Assembly (NCBI GenBank): GCA_964035545.1
Contig: OZ037768.1
Location: 21,187,700-21,251,699 of the forward strand
Direction: 5' to 3'
DNA: 64,000 nucleotides
DNA from: Bugula neritina
Lineage: Eukaryota; Animalia; Bryozoa
In this document: positions 1-14,995 of the stretch, in pieces
Position numbering within the stretch: the stretch's first letter is position 1
How the letters are laid out: each line of letters opens with the position of its first letter
Translations under genes and position numbers: made by a program
The notes under the pieces: generated by a model
Told to the model about the DNA's origin: nothing
Databases searched by the model: none
What the model saw: only the letters and a program-made list of their open reading frames with translations

Positions 1-202
1 ATATATGACATTAATTAGTTAGTGTTTCACACTTGGGAGCTAAACTATACAGTATATAGTTACTTGTCAATATCAATAGCTACTGTAATAACGTATTAAT
101 TATTGTGACACCGCAGTGATTATTGTGATACTGTATAAAAGTTATTGTAACAATTAATAATAATTTTAGCAATGTATTAGTAATTATAGAAAAATAACCA
201 AC

Positions 203-2023
203 CATGAGCAATCTCCATTCCAGCTACCATATATGGGCACCCGGTGTATATCTCCCACTACACTTGGCATAGGGGCATTAGTCCAGAATCCTCCATGACT
301 TCCACAGGAGTAATCAAGAGGACATCTGTTAGACATTTGTGAGCCAGCAGATCCTGTGAATCTTTCCATGTATTAAATAAACAGTCTCAGTGAATTCACA
401 TATTAATTAGTTAGAGATTGTATTCTGGGCTTGTGGAAGCTTTAGCCTTAGAACTTATTGAAAACAAGTTAACTGAGTTATTCTTTCTTATAATTTAGCT
501 TAGCTTCAGCTTAAAAGCTGTATCCTGGACTAGAAGTTCTGCAAACAGTTGTGGTTTGGAAAATCTGTAAACCTGAAATTTATAGACCATATTGACAACA
601 AGTTAACTAGGGTATTCTTTTGTATAAATTAGCCTCTTCATTGGCTATTTATCTTTTGTTGCTGCAACTAGATCATGTATATTTGGCAATTTTATTGAAT
701 ATATTTTACTCATTTACATGTATATACTGCTATTTGTTTACATGATATAATTTTGTAGCCTATTTTGTTATATGAAAACAAGTATATTGTAGAGCCAAGT
801 GATTGAAGGCTAAAATAGCAAATTAAGAATTCTAAGTTGTATATTGTGTACTCAGTATGCACCTGAACCAGTGTTGTCCTCTATGTAACTCCCGGTCACA
901 TGCATAAAACCCATTGGCTGGTAAGAGATTAGAGCCCTCTAAGTCTAATCTCCATGATCCAGTGAGATTCACAGTGTCCATTGATTGACAAGGACCTGAA
1001 ATATACAGCACAGGGTTCTTCATAAGATATAATAACTCAACTTGACTATTTGGGTGTAATTTGAACAGTTTTTTAATTGAATTATGCACGTTTTTTATTG
1101 CTGCATATAACAAACAAATAATACTGTTTTAATTCATCACAGTTTTAGAAAAAAATGTTATTCTAATTTTTGATCAAGTAAATACATATACTTGGAATTT
1201 CCCATCTGCATGAGTCAGAATATTAGTTGGATGAGTAAGAAGTAGTATATAAGTATATATACATCCACAAGTTCACAAATATAAACAACAGAGTTCACAT
1301 ACCGAATATAGATGGTTGGTTAGAAGGTTGACTTGTGGGTGACAGAACTGTAGGAGCTGGAGTTGTTGGGTTGGGATCCTCAGACTCTCCCTCTAGGTCA
1401 CATTCATCTAAGAGATCTCGTAACAACAGTCTCAAAGATTCTTCAGATTGCCTCTTCTTCCTGGCACCTATATTTATATACACTGATTTATATCAAGTGT
1501 TTACAACAGCATTGTATGTTCTATATAATATAATTTGTCAGGTTGCATCGGATGTCGGCTATAATAAAGCCATGAATTAACTGGTTGTAAGTCAGTATAT
1601 TCAATATAGATAGGATTATACCATTATGGCCAGTTACATATTTAACATAATATTATAAATGTAACTTTTGCCAAAGATAAAAACATGTGCAATAATGGCC
1701 AAATTAAGAGAAGCCTGTATTCTATATGAAGGATCTATAGCAACAGAGGTTTTGTTCGCAAGAGTTTCTCTAAAAAAATTTGTAAAAAGCAATTGAAACA
1801 GTTAAGCTAATGATTGTCAAAGATTTGCTGCTTTTAGTTAATTGGTTAGAGACTCACCACTAGTCCTGAGGTCAGCGTGGCAGTGCTGCTCGATGTTTGA
1901 CATCAGAATGTTTACTTTCTCATCTGTCGTATCCTTCAACTCATTCTTTCTCTTCAGCTCTTTTAAGGAAAGGTCTGCATTAGCTGAAATGACTAAACAT
2001 AATACGCAGTAAACCCAAAACAT
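203..2023 (-). CDS. Secreted protein: signal peptide, furin-type propeptide, Pro/Thr linker and D8C-like (uromodulin/GP2/OIT3-type) Cys domain; 3' end probably runs off the window start
   Basis: Phase-consistent GT-AG exons 2023-1858, 1467-1303, 995-863, 361-203. They translate to MFWVYCVLCLVISANA (signal peptide)...ARKKR...PTTPAPT...ACDRELHRGQHWFRFTGSAGSQMSNRCPLDYSCGSHGGFWTNAPMP, resembling the D8C pattern CD..W(Y/F)RF.G..G..M...C....CG....W. Confidence 0.7.
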
Positions 2024-3309
2024 TGTGTTGCTCACTAGTGAACCTGTGATGACAATGTCAACATGAAAACTAACAGTAGTTGTGTGGGTTACTTTTTATA
2101 GAGCTTGTGATATTTTTTATGCCATGGTTCTTCTCATCTACAAGGAAACAAAAGCAGCAAAACATTATAATTCAACCAAATGCCAATTGCAATCATGCAT
2201 GCAGCGATAATAGTAATTTAGAATATTTAATGGTACTGATATATCATATAAGACTAATAATACAAATATAATGGCTTCACATAACGATGAATGATGCTCA
2301 AAGGTAGAAAAAATTTCCTGCCTGTAACGAAAACTGTGACCAGTTGTTATTGTGATGACCTGTAATTGGTGGAAGCATATTTTTGAAGACAAACTTTGCT
2401 TCTGACGCATTTTATCAGACTGCATTTTGTAAATTGCATCTGGTATTGCATATATTTTATTCAGAATTGCATATTCAATCTGGTAGCCTACTGCATATTT
2501 TACCTGGTATTACATATTGCATCTCATATATAAACATTACTAAGTCTCAGGCTATAGATTTAATTAGTTCACAGTGTATGCTTACAGCCAACAGAGCTTT
2601 AGCATTTTATCACTTTTTACTGATGTTTCAAAAATGCTAGATTTGAAATTAGTATTGATTGAATAAGCGTAGCTACATGTTGTGAGAAACTTAAAAGAGT
2701 GATATAGGACAGCAAAGTATGTTAAAGCAAGAAGTAACAGTTCAGCTTATAAAGAACACCATGCAAAGCATATGGAAATAAACTTAGATTGACTAAAATA
2801 CTGAATTTATTCTATAGATGCAAAATGTGACCTATATATATATATGTGACCTATATAAGCATTACATATCAAGGTGCCGGGAAGCTGCCTTGTATTTTCA
2901 TATAAATTTTGAATTGTAAGAAGAAAAATCTTTATTGAGTAGAAAATGTTTTAGCATGCAGTCACATAAATGTTGTTGAACACTATAAAACATGACTCAA
3001 TTATTGTAGAAAAAGTGGGTATATAATGTTATGGCAAAATAGGTTTCCCATTTTCTGACTTGTATAACTAACAATAGGTGAATAATTTTTCATATATAAA
3101 TAATATATATATACTGTTATGTATATATAATACACACACATATCTATATTAGGCTATTACAAAAATATTATAATTTTAAGGCATATTTCTAACATTGAGT
3201 CTTGCAAATTAATTTTGAGTAGCACCTATCCATTGATTATTTTTGATCAATGTATTGAAAATTAAAATCTTCTACTGCTAAAAGCTGTAAACTTTATATT
3301 TTGTTACAC

Positions 3310-3421
3310 ATGATATTTGGATGATGCTGTGCTGCATGACGTACTCTCAAGTATAACCAATAATATATTATTGGTTATACTTGAGAGTACGTCATGCAGC
3401 ACAGCATCATCCAAATATCAT
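3310..3421. repeat. Perfect 112-bp palindrome with no spacer
   Basis: atgatatttgg...ccaataata|tattattgg...ccaaatatcat is its own reverse complement, centred at 3365/3366. Confidence 0.95.
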
Positions 3422-5814
3422 TTTATAACACTTCCGGTAATGTATACTCAGTAGCAGGTAATGTTATGTCTATTATATTTTACAGCTTTCAGTCATATAC
3501 CTGCTTGGAAAATATTAATATTCATTAAAAAAATCAGCTTCACTAAAAGACTACAACTTACAGTAGAAATACTTCTATAAATACTTTATTTTTAATGTTT
3601 TATAGCCAAGGGTTAAAGTTTTATATAATCTATAATGAATGAATTAAGATGCAGACCATGCAATGTTACTCTAGCAATTAGCATAATGCTTAACAGATTA
3701 AACTTATTCAATATAAAATTAAAATTATGCTGTTATAGCTGTTTTCAGAAGTATATGTGTGGCTATATGTGGATAAAAACTGTTTTCACCACCATTTGAC
3801 TTCAGCTACAATAATTACACGCTGCATTAAACATAAAACTTCAATTGAAATACTTTAATTATTTGCAATGAAGGCAAGCAGGTAACGCCTTGTGTTATAT
3901 TATCTATTAGTTATTATATGCCTCTGTTCAATATTAGGCAGGGCTCACGCAATATATATAGCTTGTTCTCTTCTAACTAGTTTACTTCCTCCACCATTAA
4001 AGAGACAACATAGACTGACTGGAGTACTTTGTATGATGCAGGTTTTATAATAAAGAGCAGTTGATGTGGTGTACAAATAATATAATTCTACAACAGAATG
4101 GTTTGCATTGTATACAAGCATATTCCCTTTCTAGTTTATAGGGCTATAATACCCTCTCCTCTTTTATTAAAGCTTATACAGTATAGTGTAGACATAAAGA
4201 AACCAGGTGATTTACAAATTCAAATCAAAAATTTTATATATAGAGGAAGAGAATGGGGCTCAGTTACATTACATCCTGCTTGGAAAATAGTTTTCCCCTA
4301 TAAATATTTTCTCATAATTATCAGTACTTTAATCCCCTAATAATCTGCTCATTTGTGGTCACAGCAAAATACTTCAACCTAAATTACGACATAAGGAGTT
4401 TTTTCTGATCAACAACAATTAGTCAAGCATAACATTTAAAGTGGTTTAGATTATACCTTGCACGTATATAAAATGAATTATATTTTTTTCAAAGGTATGA
4501 AAACAAATTTTCAACCAGGAAATTTTTTTTCAAAAACGCAGAATAAAAACCGTTAATCCCTGAAAAAGAACCATTAGCTGTTAACTCAAACCTGACTAAT
4601 CAGAGTTTAAACTCTACTATTAGTAACGCTGATGCTTTCTGCAGTTCATGCGTTGACCTACTAAATATTCAAGTTAAATGATTTTTTGTAACGCTACATG
4701 TTGACACCTTCAGTCTAGACCAATTCTTGAAACAGTAATATAAACATTGTATAGATTTGCGATATAATTTAAACCAGTTCTATTTTCATGATCAGCTTGT
4801 TATTATGCCCAGAGAAATATTTTATAAATCATGCATAATCTATAATGTTGAAGTTTTTCAATACTGCGACCCCAAATTTGCAGATTATTATAGTGCATCA
4901 AAGCACTAATAGCTATAAAAAGGTATTCATGAGGGGGGATAATTCCTTGGTTTTTAAGATTTTCCAAGTACAGGATCTAACAGGATTGATCGAAGCACTT
5001 TTTCTATATAATGGCGCAATTATTGCAGTTCTGTATTTGAATTTGCTAACCAAATATGAGTTATTTGGATTTATAAGATGTAAAATGGTCGTTATATTTA
5101 TAAAATATAGGAGCAATTTGTGAAAAGCTCTTTAATTGTTATACAGATATTATCATATGCTTACATTGATAGATCTTCAGAGTGCTTGAAAGTGGAATTC
5201 ATAAAAAAAGATTACCAAGCAAGGGCATTTAATAAACTAAAAGGTACATATCTATAAAATGGGGGTATATATAGGAGGTAATGAAGACATGTGGATGTGA
5301 ACTATATAAGGAATAAAAGATATATACCACATAAACAATGTTTAAACATTTGATATTAGATGTGCAAAATTTCTGCATTTTAAAGAAATCTTATCATTTA
5401 ATATTTTCTATAAACAAAACATATGTATAAATTTCTTTTTTTTTCTTAAAAGATTTCCTATTTGGGTTGTTAGTTTATACAACCGCACTTTAAAAGTAGC
5501 CATAGTGTAGATATACATTATTTAGACTTATATGAAATTTAAATGATAATGTTCCATGTTACAACCAACAACTAAGTAAAAATATATATTTCATAGATGC
5601 AATTCAAAAAAGCTTTCCGGGTGTTCAGTTGTTTACAAACAAGTTAAAAGCTTCCTAATAAATTATATCAGTGCTCTATAATTTTGGTATTGTTTATTAA
5701 AAATTATAGCTTGCAAAATAGAAACTATATATTAATTGCTTGTAATTTGATGGTTGTTTCACTAGCGGGTCTATAGTTGTAATGACACTTATATTATAGT
5801 TATAAAAACTCTAT

Positions 5815-6130
5815 TTTCTCTTCAGCTCTTTTAAGGAAAGGTCTGCATTAGCTGAAATGACTAAATATAGTACGCAGTAAGCCCAAAACATTGTGTTGAT
5901 CACTGGTGAACCTGTTTTGATAATATCAGCATGAAAACTAACAGTAGTTGTGTGGGTTACTTTTTATATTATAGATTGTTATATTTATATACCAGGTTTC
6001 ATTTACAAGGAAACAAAAACCAGCAAAACATTATAATTCCATCAGATGCCAATTGCAATCATGCATACAGCAATAATGGTAATTTAGATGGCAGAAATGG
6101 AGTATATGGTACTGCATGATTATACTAAAA
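5815..6130 (-). pseudogene. Truncated duplicate of the first coding exon and upstream region of the D8C-like gene
   Basis: Closely similar to ~1946-2260. ATG at 5891 gives MFWAYCVLYLVISANADLSLKELKRK, after which similarity stops. A second shared block lies at ~3884-4003 vs ~7057-7175. Confidence 0.75.
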
Positions 6131-6207
6131 ATACAAGAAACAGCTTTAAACAATGACATACTGTTTACAAGTAGCAATATTATACATAAATTAGCCAGCT
6201 TTTTATT

Positions 6208-6408
6208 GTCACAGCATATAATGTTCAGGATATCACAGCGTAATGTTTAGGATGTCACAGCATAATGTTCAGGATGTCACAGCATAATGTTGAGGATGTC
6301 ACAGTATAATGTTCAGGATGTCACAGTATAATGTTCAGGATGTCACATTATAATGTTCAGGATGTCACAGTATAATGTTCAGGATGTCACAGTATAATGT
6401 TCAGGATG
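6208..6408. repeat. Minisatellite, 22-bp unit (gtcacagtataatgttcaggat), ~9 copies
   Basis: Head-to-tail tandem copies with period 22. Confidence 0.95.
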
Positions 6409-8813
6409 TGTTTTTGATGAAGATCCATGGATAACTTTGGCAACAGATCTATGTGAACCATACTGCTGAGTATTGCATAGGCCTACTGTATATGGTATTG
6501 TATGTGGTATTATATGTTGTATTGTATTATAGTATTATATATGGTATTGTATATAGTATTGTATATGGTATTGTATATATATAGTATACGTACATATTGT
6601 ATATGGTAATGCATCCAGTATTGTATATTGCCTTTATAATTGAACCAATAATTTTTAAAAGTTAGCTAATCTCCTTGTTCTACAGCTTTAAAGCTTCCAG
6701 TCAAAAGCTGACTACAATAGCTAAAGAGAGACAACTCCAGCAAAATTCTAAAACCTGCACTTTAATATTTCTATAAGCTATAGGACTATAATATAATAGA
6801 TAGCTTTTAGCTAAGTTAGGTTTAATTGATATATATGAATAAAGCAGAAAAATATCTTTAGCATAATGCGTATATAACAAAACATGTAAATTATTCTATA
6901 TAATTAAAATCATGCTTCATCTGTTTGTTAAAGAATTGAAATAGCTTAAACATGTATTCGTACTTGGAATATAATTAAATGCAGCAATATATTTAAGCAA
7001 ATTCTAAAAGCTTATAATTGCTGAAAGATTAATATTAAATATATTGAGGACAAGTAGCACCTTGCACTCTAAAAATATATATTAGTTATTACATGCTCAC
7101 GTTAGTAGTAGCCATGGATTCACACAATGTGTAGCTTGTTCTCTTCAAACTAATTTACTTCCTCCACCAATAAAGATTGATATATAAGAGTATATAATTA
7201 AAAGGTGTTAGTGTAAGCACTAAGTACAGCTAGCATTGTTGCCATAACATATTGAATGGTACATAAAGCTGAGCTTATTGCAGCTAATCCAAGCTTACAA
7301 CAGCTTGATGCTAACAAATATATAAACTTTATGAAAATTCACTTTATTTATAGTTTACTAGAATAGCTTCAGCAAAAGAAAACACAAATTCATGGGTACA
7401 ATGACTGAGGGAATATGTAAGTATAGTTAACTAACTATAATAATCACTGGAGTATTAAAATACTAATTATATAAGCTATGTCTCGATCTAAACATTAAAT
7501 GAAAAAAATCAATTAAAATGCAGACAAATAATTTTAGTAGTAGTGTAATTTAAATACAAAGAAAGACAATTAGTTTTTTAATTTTAACACATTATATATT
7601 TTACATTTCTCAAGTTTGTATGTTTTCTAATTTAGATGGTGGATATTTTTATAAATTCATTGCAAATGATAAACCGGGTGAAAGGGAAATTCCACAAAAT
7701 TTTACTCCGTATTCTGAAGAAAACAGATATACCTACTGATGTACCTAATATTCTATCTTCGTAGGCTGCACGGTCATGTTTTAGTAAAGATCCTAACTTA
7801 TGTTATCAAGAATCATCTGATGAACCTCTGTCCAAAGTTATATCTGATGCTCTCACACTACTGAATGATACAGGAGTTAAGTGTTTATTGGTAACATATT
7901 TCAAGGTACTATAATATAATAAAACAGGTAGAAATTTAATAGATATTGGACAATTTTTCTACCCATTTTGTGTAAAGATATTTAGCCAGCTATACAAAGG
8001 CGATGCTATACACATGCTTATATTATAGCTGCTAAAATCTAATTATTTTGTACTGCACGTGGTAGAGGTGTATATGAGGGATACACAGAGTTATAATTGC
8101 CTTAATTTCTCCATAGCATTCCCCTGGTCTATGTTTTTTTGATTGAACGTATTTAATGTCAATATAGTATATATTATACTCAAATAATTCCACACCAAAA
8201 TAAAATGCTAAGACTTCAGTTTAATTTGTTGAACATGCATCAGTCTATATAATGTCCCAAAACCTTCAAGAGCTAAAATAGATAAAATCCAAAAAATTAT
8301 TCTTATGTTTCTCTTACCTAATTGTAAATATCATTTTGAGAAGAGACGACTCTGACTGAAGTTTTTTATCTCCTGAGCTGCATGCAGTTTCTAGTTTAAA
8401 TTTTCTACTTGTTGCTTCTGCATGACTAGAGAAAATATATTTAGATATTTTAGGACTATAATATTTGGGTTTTTAAAACAAGTTTTGTCTGTTGAAAATG
8501 TTTTAGTGCACCATCTTGCTATAATAACAAAAACTATGAATGCTCTATAAATAAAAATGTTTTGTTTTTCTTCATGCATTGCTGCGACAGTAGATTATAT
8601 ATAATATAATCTATAATCAGTAATATTATTACCATAATGTATGTTTCGAGTAGATTTTTTTCAATTTCAATAAACCTATAACTTTACTGTTTCTATAATA
8701 TTACTTGAAATATACATATGAGTTGGCGAGTGCATTAATGTGAAAATATTTTATAATTAGTTTCTCAGCTTTGAAGGCTTTTGTCAATTGTTTATATTAA
8801 ATGATTTTTGCAG

Positions 8814-9442
8814 AGCACGTTGAGAAAGAAAGCTGGAAAGATTCAACTTTCAAGTTATCTGTATGTGGAAAGAAGAATCAATTTCAGAGTATAACCTTAT
8901 ATATAGGCTCACAATTTCTCACTCACTCTGTACCAGAAGAAACAAATGTATGGAGTAAAGACAGGAATAATCTAGAAATACACCTAAACAAACACACTAG
9001 AGAAGAGTCATTTCAATCTATAGCTAGTAATTCTGAAAACTCTTTAAAAATAGTTTAAAGCTGCATACGGTAAAGCGCACTGAAAAAAATGTATCTGCAT
9101 ATAATGGCGGTGATTACACTTTCAATCAGAAACATGCTCTACAGCAATATAAGATGGAACGCACTATAGATCAACCTTTTCCGTGTGTTTTTTGTAACTT
9201 TAGCTGTTCTGGCAAGCATAACCTAACAGTTCATATAAGAAGGCATGCTAGCTGGTGAAAAGCCATTTGTGTGCAAGTTTTGTGAATATAAATCTGTTAG
9301 GAAAAGCTTTTTAAAAAGACATGTTTTGAACAAACATTCCCGAGAAGAACCATTTCAGTGTGATTTATGCAACTGTAAATGTGCTGCAAAGTACTATTTA
9401 CCCAAACATAAGAAAACTCATACTAAAGAGAGCATTCTTTAG
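8814..9442 (+). pseudogene. Degenerate C2H2 zinc-finger array exon
   Basis: Fingers FPCVFC..HIRRH, GEKPFVCKFC..HVLNKH and EEPFQCDLC..HKKTH. Frameshifts near 9045 and 9247 (gcta duplication), and upstream fingers have lost Cys/His. Acceptor ttttgcag ends at 8813. Confidence 0.75.
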
Positions 9443-10465
9443 TAAAGTAACTACTCGTTATAAATAATAATTGATAAGAAGTGTGTAAAAATACTGAATT
9501 TAGTGCTTAATCTAAAAATGAAGCAGCTTTTTTATCTTTTGTTGTTTTTTTTAAGTAATTATAGTAAAGCTGGAGAAGTAACATGTGTAGGTAGTTAAGT
9601 ATATATGGTAACCAAAAGTTCTATATTATAGATTACATTTGAAAGGAAATTTTTATAGCATTTATACAGCTTGCCAGTAAATTTAGTAATAAAAAATGAT
9701 ATATATTTTATATTTAATATCTTTTTCCCTAATTGGCAAGCAAATAACCACTGTTTCCTTTAAATTTAAATTACGCTGATCTTTGTATACTAACTACAAC
9801 TATTGTACTGTTGCATAAGTGATTATCCCTGATATAATTATTTTAGCTTTTCTTTGAAGATGTTATGGTAAACTATGATGTAATGTACATAATATGGTAA
9901 TTCAAGCTTTGAACTAGAAACAATTACAAGATAAATTTATAGTTATCAACTCTATAAAAGTTTTGCACTGGTAATCAAGGTGTTCCTTTGTAACTGATAA
10001 ATGGGAGCTTTTCTGAACATAATTCTGATTTGTGTTGTTCGAGAAAACATAAGCTAAATACAAGGGAGTATGTAAAAGTTTGGAACCAAAGAGATGCGAT
10101 GTTGTTATAACAACATAATATATGCTGATGTTGATTATTTAAAGACATTTGCAGTAATGAAAATAATAAGCAGTAATTTCTTATAGGCTACAGAGCTGCT
10201 ACAACAAGAGTAGTGTGTCATTTAATGCTTTCTCTGAACAAAAAAAATGATTTTATTTTACTTAGACTTTCCACTTGCATTGCTTGAAAACATTTATAGT
10301 ATATAACATATTATAAAAATAGCCATATTATAAATAACTCAATTTCCATTTATGAAAATTCAAGAGACATGCATATGTATAATTCATGAAATTGAAATGG
10401 TTATACAACCAGCAATATTACAGAGCTTTCTTAGTTATAATGTGCAGTTGTATACTAGTTGTAAT

Positions 10466-10620
10466 CTATTTACTGTAACCTATATAATATACTGCAACCT
10501 ATTTACTGCAACCTATATAATATACTGCAACCTATTTACTGTAACCTATATAATATACTGCAACCTATATATACTGCAACCTATATATAACACACTGCAA
10601 CCTATTCTGCAACCTATTAT
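10466..10620. repeat. Minisatellite, ~33-bp unit built on actgcaacctat
   Basis: atttactg recurs at 10468, 10501 and 10534. Confidence 0.8.
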
Positions 10621-13600
10621 ATGTCTACTGTGGCCTATAATTTAAAGCTTCTAATAATATAATGCATATATACAAATTTATGCATAATTATAATAAGGCC
10701 ATCAAATTTCTGTTCTAATGTGAATATAATTTTAGAACCGACTTGATATTTAAAAACTACAATGGGTGGATTTAAGAGCCAGGAATTCCCACACTATATA
10801 ATATAAAATCTACATGTCTTTGCTTCTACTATATATATAGCATACAAACTCCACTGTATATTTAGTAATTTGTAGTAACAATCAGGTGGCTAAATGCTTC
10901 TCAAAATATAAATATAATATTTAGCATCCATTACTAACCTTTTAAAATAATAGTGAGACTTAGAGGGAGATAAGCTAGCTACACTCCTATTATACTAACC
11001 AAGCTGGCATATCTGCATGTATAGATAAACTCTGTTAGTAAACAGTGGGCTCCTTTATCATAGTAGTATAAGTAGTGTTATCACTTCGGCCAGGTGACCG
11101 CACCCATCACCAGCTCATCTCAACCCAACTATGGCAAGCAAATGTAAGTAGATATATCTTAATTTTATATTTCTTGCAATTTTGTTAAATAGACCTAAGC
11201 TATACAGCTTCTTCTGCATGCATGTCTGCTATATTATTATCACTAAGTATGTTAATATAGCTAAATCATGAATTAGATACAGCTCTCTAAGGGTAGAGCT
11301 ACATGACTCGGGTTTCTTGCATGCGGGTCCAAATTTTTGAAAACTTGTACCGGGAACGACCTGCCACACACAATTTATTAGCTAATGATCCTGAGGTTTA
11401 ACTTTACTGCTGGTCTACAGTTGTTTGTTTCTAAATCTACCTCATCGAAAAAGTGACTAGATATTATAAAAGCAGAAATGCAAACTATTTAAGACTGTTT
11501 TAATTCAGTTTGCTAAAAATTCAAAAATTGTGCTAGCTAAAAGATAATCAGCCAATTAGATCAAACACTGCTGCACTTTCTGCTCAGCATGTTATCCGCA
11601 CACAACAGCCCGTTTTTGGGTTCAATGGGATTTTAGCATGTTGGCTGGCACGGTTCATTTTGCAGACATTTTTTATTTTGCTTCACAATTCAATTTAAAC
11701 AATCTAAACCTAATCTGCAACAGGTAAATGCATCTGAAAAAAATCTTGTGCAGTAAACTATATATTGTTTTTTTATCTTGAAAACAATATTTCTGATATT
11801 TTCAGATTGATTACATAAGCGAAATGTTATAAAATTTGATATTTATTCATTGTATTTCAAGCATACCATGCAATTGCTTTTCAAACATCAAAGCTGAAAT
11901 GATGTCATTATAATAATATAGTAACTGTATCGGAAGTGTAGTGTAGGTGTGGTGTAAGTGTCTAGTGTTAGTAAGTGAGAATTATGATTGAACACCCTAC
12001 ATGGTATCACACTTGATTCTACTAAGACTTTATCCATCAGCCAATCACAAAATGTGTTATGTATGTTAAACCAGCCTTTCTGATCAATGAGCTATGTTAT
12101 TGGGTGCAAAGGTAGAAATGTTTGCTAAACTTAGAATTATAATTGTTGGCTTAGCATTTTAATTTAAAAAGTGATGTTCTGTTTATTGTCAGATATATTT
12201 CTATTCTACACAACTCCAGTACTAAAACTAATGATTTTATAAGATAAGCTGCAGTTCTACACTAAATTCTGACGTTGTATTGCAGCCTCATTCTTGTTAA
12301 TAGTATTACAAAACCAAACTACAATAATGCAAATAATGCAAATATATAAACTTGAATTTTAGCCTTTGTGTTATAGTATATGCTGCATTACAACTGGTAT
12401 TTTTAATGTGTGTATTGAATAACACTATTAATTACAAATGATGGGGAGTGTCAGAATGTTATTGAATAATATAATTTCCCAGATTACAGTGTACAAAATA
12501 GCTCTATTAGTTAACTAAAGCAGAACCCGAACAGAACCTGCATATTATGACAGAAGTCAGTTAAGATATAACCTCAGTATAGATCCAGTGTAATTTATAT
12601 AACATGATTGCAATATTATAAATACATAGTGTAGATAAGCTACAGATATTCCATTTACCCTTTGTCTCCTCCACCCACTTTATCTATCTGGCTACTTGCA
12701 CAATAATTTATAGATATATCCACATATTGCAGATAACCTTTGAGATATTCCATTTACACCCCCCAAGTCGCATGACTGTTGGTAAATATTACTCTTAATT
12801 TAAATAGCATCTAAAGTCTACTGCACAGCCTTAAGTGACTGATTGTTATCATTAATTAAATATTTTCTTTGTATAATATTCAAATATAAGATAACACTAA
12901 TAACAACCAAAATACCTGGACTATAGTCTATACTATCAGCGTAATGTCTGACAACAAAACTAACATTACACATGCCTAAGCTGTGTCAGCTGCTGCATTT
13001 CTGATCGTGAAATAAGAATATATTATGTTTTCTTAAAACAAGGAACATTTATTCCCATGTTCTTGTAACTTGATGAAACAAATTCCCATTTGAATTTAGT
13101 TAAACTATATGAGCTTTACCTAACTGCCTGCTTGTTTTATGACATTTGTATGGTCTAATTTATCCATAAACTTGCATTTTGCATGTGTCCACACAAGGAG
13201 GCTTTTAATTGAATAATATTTAACACAATTATCAGAGTCAACAGCTCACTGTGGTACAACAACTGACAAAAATGCAAAAATTTAATTAGAGTGCGTGGAC
13301 GTATGTGTGTGAAATTACTACCAGTGTCCCTCCTGACATTACCATTGGCCTAGGTAAAGTGTTTGACTAAAATATGTTCAGAGCACGATGTGTCGAGGCA
13401 AACCAGTGTTTGTATATACTATAAATTTTATTCTGGCTGTTTCCACTTTCAGGTTACTTTCTCTTAATATTTCTATTGCTATAACACTCGGAGATGAACA
13501 AATTATTTTATGATTTCTAAGGAATCAAATTTACAGTACTACTAACATTGCTGGGATTGTTTCATAATTAATAGTTTCTTTGGTGTATTTAATTATACTT

Positions 13601-14995
13601 TAATAAAAGTTCTTTTAAATCAAAATTCTCTGCATGCAAAGCGTAAAGCGAAAAGCTTATCTTATAGTAGTCCATGCTGTCTTCTAGTTGTAATTTACAC
13701 TGTTTTAAGCACGTTTCGTTATTACAAAGACTGTATAAATCTAACTCTACTTATATAACTGTATGAGCTCTGATACAGGTCATAGATATTACAACAATTG
13801 AGAAATATTTTATGGTTCATAAACTCCATATTTTTTAAAATTATTTTGGTAAACTAACCAGCTTTCAGCATGATAAATTTATTATTAAATTATAATATAT
13901 ATGATATTTATTTAGCAGTATTTGTTGAACACTTCTAAAATAATTTAGTTCTAGCAGCTGAGTGGTCAACACTGAACTGAGATAGAAATGCTGTTTATAT
14001 GCTGCTGCAAAGCTTACCACTGTGAGATTTAGTTATGATATTGCATATATATAGCTAAGAGAATTAGTTAATTAGTATATTGCCAAGCAGCAAACCAATT
14101 ACAATTATTCACATCATGTACAGAGATAGGGTTTTACTTGAAAAGATAGTTGTACACATGTATATATAATAGACCTGCAAAATCTTATATATTTTGGTGT
14201 AAAACTTGCTGCCATGGTTAAGATTCAAAGCTCAGATATTTAAAAATACTGCATGCTACCTGTGGAGAAGTTTTATTTTTATCAAATGGTTTCACAATAT
14301 ATACTCCACTCATGTGGTCAAATATTATATTATGTGCCACATAAAAAGTCAATGTTTTATTGGTGCAATATTTACCTTATTATAATCTCCAGTATTTACT
14401 GTTCCAAGCTGAGTGCTTTAAAGCCTCTATAAAGTATTGTATCTATAACTCACATGCCATGCAAGTATAAATACTGAGGGATGTCAAATCCCATTCCTTC
14501 TTTCTATTTTCTATAATAAAGTTCAGGCTATGTTGGTGATAAATGATAATATTCTAGTAATTGTATATGGGGAGTGCTATATGACCCATTCATACACTGC
14601 TTATAGCTTGGCTATAGTGAGAAGGTGAAAGGTGGCTGTAATTTTATACCTTCAACTAGAATACAGAATAATATGACTCACTAATAGCTAGAGAAATGTC
14701 TACTCATTTTATAATGTAGATTGTTATAGTGTCTAAAATTTATTCAGATATAGCTTTTTACCAGACTGCTATTTATAGATATTGCCTCATTCTGTTTATC
14801 AGAGACTAAATTATCTATATAGTATACCTATAGCCGAGTGAGCTGACATTTAAATAAATAATATAAATAATAGGGGAATATAAGCTTAGAAATGTTACGT
14901 TACAAATTATTTAGAGTTTGTGTTGTGACAGTTAAATATAGGACATTCTATTTGTAACTCTGCACATTTCCTACATTATTCTTTTTGTGGATAAG

